NCBI GenBank assembly: GCA_041499375.1 | Contig: JBGQKD010000011.1 | Location: forward strand, 30,214 to 94,213 | From: Gemmatimonadota bacterium | GTDB lineage: Bacteria > Gemmatimonadota > Gemmatimonadetes > Gemmatimonadales > GWC2-71-9 | Reading direction: 5' to 3' | DNA length: 64,000 bases | Part shown: positions 19,128-25,341 of the stretch, piece after piece | Numbering within the stretch: position 1 is the first letter of the stretch | How the letters are laid out: the number at the start of each line of letters is the position of its first letter | Notes under the pieces: generated by a model | Databases searched by the model: none | What the model was told of the DNA's origin: nothing | What the model saw: the letters and a program-made list of their open reading frames with translations, nothing else | Translations under genes and position numbers: made by a program

Positions 19128-19485
19128 GCTTCCCTCGTACGAGCACCAGAATGGCGGCCTGCGGGACGACCAGATACGTCTTGCCCTCGAATGTGATTTC
19201 GACCGCGGCTTTGCGGAAGAACAGCGCGTAATCACCCGTTTCGGCTTGCGTCGGCATGTACTTCACTTCGGCGCCGTGGATCTTCCACGGCTCCTCGTCC
19301 ATGCTCGCGGGCTCAGGCATCGGCGTGCCGGGCCCGGTCGCGACGATGCGACCGCCCTGTACCTGCCGTCCTTCGATTGCAGAGGCGGGCAAATAGAGGC
19401 CGACGTTGGTCCGTTCCTCTCCCTCCTCGGGAGCGATTAGGACACGGTCGCCGACGACGATCAAGCGCTTCGGGTCATCCGCCAC
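19120..19485 (-). CDS. GroES (Cpn10)-like protein, orphan (no groEL nearby)
   Basis: The pattern VGDRVLIAPEE..ERTNVGLYLP....GRIVATGPG....GDYALF......EITFEGKTYLVV.QAAILVLV follows the GroES pattern, with an insertion of about 25 aa. The start is uncertain: GTG at 19485 or TTG at 19464. The 5' part of the track ORF is rejected. Confidence 0.62.
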   Translation of the reverse strand: MADDPKRLIVVGDRVLIAPEEGEERTNVGLYLPASAIEGRQVQGGRIVATGPGTPMPEPASMDEEPWKIHGAEVKYMPTQAETGDYALFFRKAAVEITFEGKTYLVVPQAAILVLVRGKHG

Positions 19486-19528
19486 ACCGAGATGAGTAGC
19501 CCCGTCTGGGCATTTTACGCAAGTCGCA

Positions 19529-19580
19529 CGGGTCCCGTGATGCTCGTCACTCTCCTTTTGCTTGACTTGTCGGGTCCCGT
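19529..19580. promoter_or_regulatory. two copies of the palindromic motif CGGGTCCCGT, 42 bp apart, in a divergent intergenic region
   Basis: The copies lie at 19529-19538 and 19571-19580. The core CGGG-T-CCCG is self-complementary. The second copy sits inside the putative promoter spacer. Confidence 0.35.
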
Positions 19581-19587
19581 TTATAAC
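19558..19587 (+). promoter_or_regulatory. candidate sigma70-type promoter for the 19641 membrane-protein gene
   Basis: A TATAAC -10 box (19582-19587) lies in a rare AT-rich patch. The -35 could be TTGCTT (19558-19563, 18-nt spacer) or TTGACT (19562-19567, 14-nt spacer). Confidence 0.3.
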
Positions 19588-19640
19588 AATGTGCCCGCCT
19601 CGAATCCAACGCCGTCCTCGTCCCTGGGAGGGCTCCGCCG

Positions 19641-20879
19641 ATGTTGCAAGAGACCACCACCGCAGCACAGACCCAGCAGTGGAGTTTCGTCCTCCAGCAA
19701 CTCGTGCAATGGGTGGTCGCTGGGGTGGCGTGGATCGTACCGTTCCAAGCCCGGATCTTTGCGTTCGTGCTGGGCGGCGATTCCTTCTGGAGCCTCGCCG
19801 GAATGGCGGTCTTGCTCCTCCTGCCCGCGGCCGTGTTCGTTGCCGGGATTTGGGGCACGATGGTGTCCCTCTACACGATCCCGTTCCGTCTGGGACGCTC
19901 GGTGACCCTCATGCAGTCGATCGCGTTGGCGTGGTGGGACGCGCTCCGCATGGTGTGGTTCTATTGGGCCGGGCTCGTGAAGCTTCTCATCGTGCTCATC
20001 GGTTGGACGTGGGGGCTGATCAAAGTGACCGTCCAGCTGGTTTGGGGCACGCTCAAGGGGGCGGTCACGTCTCCGTTCGCGGTGCTCGACGCCACCTCGC
20101 GCCGTCCCGGCGTCCCCTGGCCCGCTTTCTTCCTGCTGGTCATCTGGTCCGCGGTGGAAGCGACGATCTTCACGTTCACGCTGCGGCCCACGATGAGCGA
20201 GCTGCTGGCCGACCTCACGGGCTATGAAGTGAACGGCTTCGCGCTCGTCCTGATTCTCTGGATCTTCCTCGCGATCATCATCGCCGGCAGCTTCGCGTGC
20301 ATCCAGGTGCTGAACGATGCCATCAAGGCCAAGCAGACCGGCAACATCGTCTTCATGATCCTGGTCGAAATCGCGGTCGCGATGTTCGAGGTGCTGTTCC
20401 TCTATCGCGAGCTGGTCGACGCGATGACGCCGTGGCTGGCGCAGCAGGGGATCCAGCTTGGCATCATCGGCACGATCGGGTTGGCCTTCTTCGGGTGGGT
20501 CGGCGTGCGCGGCATGACGTGGTTCCTGTTTGGCCGGTTTGGCGCGCCCGCCTTGATCGCCTTGCTCGGGCGCCAGCCGTTGGTCGTCGAGGGAATGGCG
20601 GCCCACGGCAGCGGCCCCGTCCAGCCCGACTATTGGAAGGGTCCCATCGCCGCCCTCAAGGCGGAGCGCGAGTGGTTCCGCAAGGAATCGCGTGAGCTGT
20701 TCGAGCTCGCCTCGTTGCCGGTGCTCCAAGTCGTCGCGGCGGGGATGAATTTCCTGTTCGTGGTGTTTACGGGGCGTGGGTATTTCTCACTGCCGTTCAA
20801 GTCGATCGACGACGTGTTGGCGGCCACGCATTTCCCGGCGCGAGTGAGTGGCGAAGTGGCTCGTGGGGAGGCCCGATGA
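19641..20879 (+). CDS. polytopic integral membrane protein of unknown family (412 aa, about 9-10 TM)
   Basis: It has many long hydrophobic segments and a Trp-rich sequence. I recognise no motif. The coding call rests on its length and hydrophobic periodicity. Confidence 0.7.
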   Translation: MLQETTTAAQTQQWSFVLQQLVQWVVAGVAWIVPFQARIFAFVLGGDSFWSLAGMAVLLLLPAAVFVAGIWGTMVSLYTIPFRLGRSVTLMQSIALAWWDALRMVWFYWAGLVKLLIVLIGWTWGLIKVTVQLVWGTLKGAVTSPFAVLDATSRRPGVPWPAFFLLVIWSAVEATIFTFTLRPTMSELLADLTGYEVNGFALVLILWIFLAIIIAGSFACIQVLNDAIKAKQTGNIVFMILVEIAVAMFEVLFLYRELVDAMTPWLAQQGIQLGIIGTIGLAFFGWVGVRGMTWFLFGRFGAPALIALLGRQPLVVEGMAAHGSGPVQPDYWKGPIAALKAEREWFRKESRELFELASLPVLQVVAAGMNFLFVVFTGRGYFSLPFKSIDDVLAATHFPARVSGEVARGEAR

Positions 20880-21631
20880 GACGGGCCGCGCTGCTGGCCC
20901 TCGCGCTGGCCGTGGGGGCCGGATGCACGCCGCCCGCAAACGCGCCGCCACCGCGCTCCACGCTCGTCGTGGGTCTCGACATCTCCGGGTCGTTCCGCAA
21001 GAGCGGCCAGTTCGATGATGCGATGCGCTACGCCGCGCTCTACATCTACGCACACATCAACGGGCTGGGCGGTCTCAAGCAGGCCACCGACGTGTTTGTC
21101 GGCTCGCTCGGCGGCGAGCACGTCGGACAGCCGAAGAGCTTTCACCCGATCCAGGATCTCTCGGGGAAGACGCCAGCCGAAATCGAGGCGAGTCTGCGCG
21201 CCTGGTTCCCGGAGGACGATCCGATCACCGACTTCAACTCGTTCTTCCAGCGGACCGCGGTGCACATCAAGCGTCAGAACCTCGTGCTCGCTCCGCTCAA
21301 CATCGTCCTGTTTTCGGATGGCGTGCCCGATTTCCCCGGGGCGGGCCGCTTGCCTGCCCCGCAGCTCTACGCCAAGATCGACGTGAGCCCGATCGAATAC
21401 TTGTCGCGCAACGTCACGATCCGGTTGCTCTACGCGCAACCCCAGGTGGCACAGAACTGGGAAAAGCTCGTCCCGCGCAACCGCGTGAAAATCTGGACCC
21501 AGGACCAGAACGTCATGGTCGGCTGGCACCGCCATGAGGTCCAGGGCGTCGCGATGGAACAGCAAGACTCGTTGTGGAGCTGGACGCAGCAGATCGTGGA
21601 CTTCCGGGTCCGCCGCGGCAAAATCCTCTAG
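20876..21631 (+). CDS. lipoprotein with a von Willebrand factor A-like (MIDAS) domain
   Basis: It has a lipobox LAVGAGC. MIDAS elements are VGLDISGS (DxSxS), ITDF (Thr) and VLFSDG (Asp). The start forms an ATGA overlap with the upstream membrane gene. Confidence 0.68.
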   Translation: MRRAALLALALAVGAGCTPPANAPPPRSTLVVGLDISGSFRKSGQFDDAMRYAALYIYAHINGLGGLKQATDVFVGSLGGEHVGQPKSFHPIQDLSGKTPAEIEASLRAWFPEDDPITDFNSFFQRTAVHIKRQNLVLAPLNIVLFSDGVPDFPGAGRLPAPQLYAKIDVSPIEYLSRNVTIRLLYAQPQVAQNWEKLVPRNRVKIWTQDQNVMVGWHRHEVQGVAMEQQDSLWSWTQQIVDFRVRRGKIL

Positions 21632-22374
21632 CTGACGGCTCGAACCCACGCGGCCGGATCAGGGGCCGCGTGGGGCACGAGCCCCCGCCACACGTTGTAG
21701 CGCAGCTTCCGAAGGCCCCCCCCCCCCGACGGCTCACGCCCCGTCGTCACGAAGGGAATCAACCGTCCAATGCGGCGGCGTAATACGCCCCGCTCGTCTC
21801 GCCACTTTCCGCCGTCACTCGGGCGATACTGCGCCCAACCGATCGATCCGCAGAGTCCCGCGGGGCCGAAGTCGTCCGAATCGAGCACGTCCTCCGCGAA
21901 GACGCGCACGGGTCCTTCGAACGTGTGGAGCACGTCGTGCAGCGCGACGATCGCGCCGGAAACCAGATGCGGGCGAAAGAGATCGATATCCTCCTTCGAT
22001 CCGCGATAGGTGTGGTCGCCGTCGATCCAGAGAAACCGGATCGGACGGGTCCAGCCGCGCGCCAAGTCGCGGGAGTATTGGCGATGGGCCTCGACCGCGC
22101 CCTCGACGCCCGCGGCCCGGAGCGACATGCGAAAGTCGTCCCACGACGATCCCCCCGCGCCGACATCCGGGTCGGTGACCGACGGCCCCGTATGCGGATC
22201 GACCGTGATCACCGGAGCGAGTCCATACCGCATTGCGACGGACGCCAGCCCGACAGTCGACTTCCCCTTGAAGCTGCCGATTTCGAGAATGACGCCATTG
22301 GCTGGAGCGCATGCCGCGACGAGGGCGAGGAAGCGCGCTTCCCGCTCGGTGAGAAACCCCGGCGCCGCCCGCAC
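21628..22374 (-). CDS. class I SAM-dependent methyltransferase (Methyltransf_24 / CmcI-like)
   Basis: Motifs VILEIGSFKGKST and WIDGDHTYRGSKEDI are present. The start is GTG. Confidence 0.72.
   Translation of the reverse strand: MRAAPGFLTEREARFLALVAACAPANGVILEIGSFKGKSTVGLASVAMRYGLAPVITVDPHTGPSVTDPDVGAGGSSWDDFRMSLRAAGVEGAVEAHRQYSRDLARGWTRPIRFLWIDGDHTYRGSKEDIDLFRPHLVSGAIVALHDVLHTFEGPVRVFAEDVLDSDDFGPAGLCGSIGWAQYRPSDGGKWRDERGVLRRRIGRLIPFVTTGREPSGGGGLRKLRYNVWRGLVPHAAPDPAAWVRAVS
21716..21727. repeat. C12 (G12 on the coding strand) homopolymer inside the methyltransferase CDS
   Basis: There are 12 consecutive C at 21716-21727. They encode the GGGG in ...EPSGGGGLRK.... Confidence 0.95.
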
Positions 22375-22442
22375 GCGCGCCCACGCTTCGTCGATCGCGG
22401 CGGCCAGGTCTGTGGGGGGCGGCGGGGGCGGGGCCGGCGTAT

Positions 22443-22877
22443 TCAGCAGTACTGTTCGAAGGCCGCGGTCAGGTCGGCCGCGATGTCGCGAGCATTCCGG
22501 CCCTCGATGTTGCGCCGCTCCAGCATGAACACGAGCTGCCCGTCCTTGAATAGTGCGATCTGCGGCGAGGAGGGCGCGTAGCCCGTGAAGTAGCTCCGCG
22601 CGCGCGCGGTCGCGTCCGCATCCTGTCCCGCGAACACGGTCACCAGGCGGGCCGGCCGGCGGTCATTCTGAATCGCGAGCGCGGCCGCGGGCCTGGCATT
22701 TCGGGCGGCACAGCCGCACACGGAGTTCACGACGACCAGCGTCGGCGCGCGTTCGCTGGCGAGCACCGCGTCCACCTCGTCGGGCGTCCGCAATTCCTCA
22801 AATCCCAGGCGGGTCAGCTCTTCCCGCATGGGCTGGACCATTTCCGGATCGTACATGGGCACATTCAGGTTCCGCAT
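22443..22877 (-). CDS. bacilliredoxin (BrxA/BrxB, YphP/YqiW, DUF1094 family)
   Basis: The stretches VVVNSVCGCAARNARPAA, VTVFAGQDADATARARSYFTGYAPSSPQIALFKDG and the C-terminal AAFEQYC are near-collinear with B. subtilis YphP as I remember it. The CGC active site is present. Confidence 0.88.
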   Translation of the reverse strand: MRNLNVPMYDPEMVQPMREELTRLGFEELRTPDEVDAVLASERAPTLVVVNSVCGCAARNARPAAALAIQNDRRPARLVTVFAGQDADATARARSYFTGYAPSSPQIALFKDGQLVFMLERRNIEGRNARDIAADLTAAFEQYC

Positions 22878-22889
22878 GCTCCCCCCCCC

Positions 22890-23648
22890 TCACTTCTTGA
22901 GAAACGCGCTCAGAGCGGCGCGGAAATCGGGAGTGCTCCGGCTCACGGCGTTGACGTCTGCGCCGAGCCGCAGCCCTTCGTCAAAACTTAACCCATCGAG
23001 CTGATAGAACTGCTGCTTGGTGAAGGCGAGCGCCGAGGGGCTGGCCTCCGCCAGGACGCGCAGCACCTCCGCCGCCTGCTCCTCGAAATCAGCGTCCTCG
23101 TAGACGCGCGACGCGAGCCCAAGCGCGGCGGCCTCGGTACCGTCCAACAGCCGCCCGGTCGTTGCCAGGTCGAACGCGATCTTTTCGCCCACCGTTCGCC
23201 GCAGCATCGTCATGACGATCGCCGGGACGAAGCCGCGTTGCACCTCCGGGTACCCGAACTGGGCCGACTCTGCCGCGAGGATCAAATCGCACGCAGTGGC
23301 GAGTCCGCAGCCGCCGGCGAGCGCGCGCCCCTGCACCACCGCGATCACGGCCTTGGGAAGCCGGCGCATCCGCAAGAACAGCTCGGCGAAGTGCAGCGCT
23401 GCCTGGCGGTTCTGCTCCAGCGTGTGATCGGCGGACGCAAGCAGCTCGTTCAGATCCATGCCCGCGCAGAAGTCCCGGCCGGCACCGCGCACCGCCACCA
23501 CGCGGACGCCCGCGTCGAGGTCGGCCCGCTCCAGCGCGGCGAGGAGTGCGTCGATCGTGGCCGTGTCGATCGCGTTGCGTTTGTCGGCGCGGTTGAGCGT
23601 TGCGGTAAGCACGCCGCCGGCGACCTGCACGAGGACGCGATCGCTCAC
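22890..23648 (-). CDS. enoyl-CoA hydratase/isomerase
   Basis: Crotonase motifs NRADKRNA, RGAGRDFCAGMDL and VVQGRALAGGCGLATACD are present. Confidence 0.87.
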   Translation of the reverse strand: MSDRVLVQVAGGVLTATLNRADKRNAIDTATIDALLAALERADLDAGVRVVAVRGAGRDFCAGMDLNELLASADHTLEQNRQAALHFAELFLRMRRLPKAVIAVVQGRALAGGCGLATACDLILAAESAQFGYPEVQRGFVPAIVMTMLRRTVGEKIAFDLATTGRLLDGTEAAALGLASRVYEDADFEEQAAEVLRVLAEASPSALAFTKQQFYQLDGLSFDEGLRLGADVNAVSRSTPDFRAALSAFLKK

Positions 23649-23962
23649 TGCTTCACCTCGATCTCCATCCGGAGCAGCGCGGTCGAGAACACCTTGCCTT
23701 GGGCATCGGTCTTGAGCGAAATGGTGCCGCCGCCGTCGAGCGCGCCGTGCAGCAGGAAGTTGAGCGCGTAGAGGTTCGGCAGCTCGAAGCGTTCGACCGG
23801 TCCCTTGATCATGCCCTTAAAATGCCGCGCGACGCGTGCCGCCGTCACCTGTTTCACCAGCAGCGGATAGTCCTTCGGTTTGAGCGCGATCAAGCCGATG
23901 TTGGCCGTGTCGCCTTTATCTCCCGACCGCGCGTGGGCCAGGTCCACCAGACGTTTTTTCAC
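23645..23962 (-). CDS. AtuA-associated small protein (DUF4387-like, ferredoxin-fold)
   Basis: Motifs HARSGDKGDTANIGLIA and LPNLYALNFLLHGALDGGGTISL are present. It lies directly after the AtuA-family gene with a 4-nt overlap. Confidence 0.72.
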   Translation of the reverse strand: MKKRLVDLAHARSGDKGDTANIGLIALKPKDYPLLVKQVTAARVARHFKGMIKGPVERFELPNLYALNFLLHGALDGGGTISLKTDAQGKVFSTALLRMEIEVKQ

Positions 23963-25341
23963 GCCTCGATGAGCTCCACGGCCGGCTGCACCATCTTCTT
24001 GTCGATCAACGCCGGCCAGTAGGCCACGATCTCCTCCGGCTTGGGTCGCCCCCCCGCGAAGCCGGTGACGCTCGGCGGACCGTTGAGAATGAGCGGTGCG
24101 ATCTCGCGCGTGAAGCGGTCCACGGGCGCCTCATCCCGCGCGCGCACGCCCACGCGCAGCTGCACTTCGGGAATCGCTGCGACGTCTACGTCTTTCAAAG
24201 CCAGCGGGCCGTGCGTGGCGTCCGCGCCCACGAACTCGGTGTGAATCGCCTCGAACTTGAGGCCGAGGGCGTCGAGACGTTCGCGCAAGATGCGATCGGC
24301 AGCTTTCGCTTTCTCGAGGGCGTCGGGCCAGGAGTACACCAGCGTCCCGACCGCCTTGTAGCCGTAGAAGTACGCGACGGAGACCTTCAGCTTATCGGTG
24401 GCTGCTTTTCCCCTGACGCCAGACACCCGCACCCTGTCCTTGCTCACCTGACTCAACTGGATCGTCGTAAAGTCGGCGACGCCGTCCGGCGTGATGTAGG
24501 CGCGCGGATCACCCATTTCATACACGAGCTGCTCGGTGACTGACGCGATGTCGATGCGGCCGCCGGTACCCGGATGTTTGACGATATCAAAGCTGCCGTC
24601 GGCGCGGGCTTCCACGATCGGGTAGCCGATGTTGGCCATGTCGGGAATCCGTTTCCAGTCGTACAGACAATTCCCGCCGCTGCATTGGGCCCCGCACTCG
24701 ATGATGTGGCCCGCGACCGTCCCCGCGGCGATCTGGTCCCACGCGTCTGACGTCCACCCAAACGCATGCATCAACGGTCCCAGCGTCAGTCCGGTATCGG
24801 TCACGCGTCCCGTGATGACCACCTGAGCGCCGCGCTGCAGCGCCTCGACGACCGGGCCCGCGCCGAGGTAGGCGTTGGCCGAGAGTACCTGGTCGCGGAC
24901 GTCCTTCAGCGGACGGCCGGTGTCGAGATTCTTGAGATCGTGGCCGCGGGCGAGCAAGCCGTCCAGACGTCCCAGCAGATCGTCGCCCGTGACGACGCCG
25001 ATTTTCAGCTTGCCGTTCAGGCGGAGCTTTTCTGCCGCCGCGGCCACCGCCATGGCACAGGCCCGGGGATTCACGCCGCCCGCGTTCGCAGTGACCTTGA
25101 TGCCCCGCTCCACGACGGCAGGAAGGATCCGCTCCATCTGCGTCACGAAATCGGTGGCGTAGCCGCGCGCGGGATCGCGCGACTTCTGCTTCTGCAGAAT
25201 CGACATCGTGACTTCCGCGAGATAATCCATCATCAGGTAATCCACCGGACCGCCGGTCACCTGGCGGTACGGCGCTTCCAGCCAATCTCCCCAAAACCCC
25301 TGCCCACCGGCGACCCGCACCGTCGTCGGGCGGCCCGTCAC
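23959..25341 (-). CDS. acyclic terpene utilisation AtuA-family protein (DUF1446)
   Basis: The N-terminus carries VRVAGGQGFWGDW. The length and the DUF4387 partner fit the family. Confidence 0.78.
   Translation of the reverse strand: MTGRPTTVRVAGGQGFWGDWLEAPYRQVTGGPVDYLMMDYLAEVTMSILQKQKSRDPARGYATDFVTQMERILPAVVERGIKVTANAGGVNPRACAMAVAAAAEKLRLNGKLKIGVVTGDDLLGRLDGLLARGHDLKNLDTGRPLKDVRDQVLSANAYLGAGPVVEALQRGAQVVITGRVTDTGLTLGPLMHAFGWTSDAWDQIAAGTVAGHIIECGAQCSGGNCLYDWKRIPDMANIGYPIVEARADGSFDIVKHPGTGGRIDIASVTEQLVYEMGDPRAYITPDGVADFTTIQLSQVSKDRVRVSGVRGKAATDKLKVSVAYFYGYKAVGTLVYSWPDALEKAKAADRILRERLDALGLKFEAIHTEFVGADATHGPLALKDVDVAAIPEVQLRVGVRARDEAPVDRFTREIAPLILNGPPSVTGFAGGRPKPEEIVAYWPALIDKKMVQPAVELIEA

Noticed and set aside
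22414-22433. The G-rich spacer GGGGGGCGGCGGGGGCGGGG between the bacilliredoxin and methyltransferase genes could be a G-quadruplex or transcription block.
   Set aside because: There are only three runs of at least 3 G separated by loops, and the fourth would need splitting the G6 run. This is borderline for a G4 in a genome where such runs are common.
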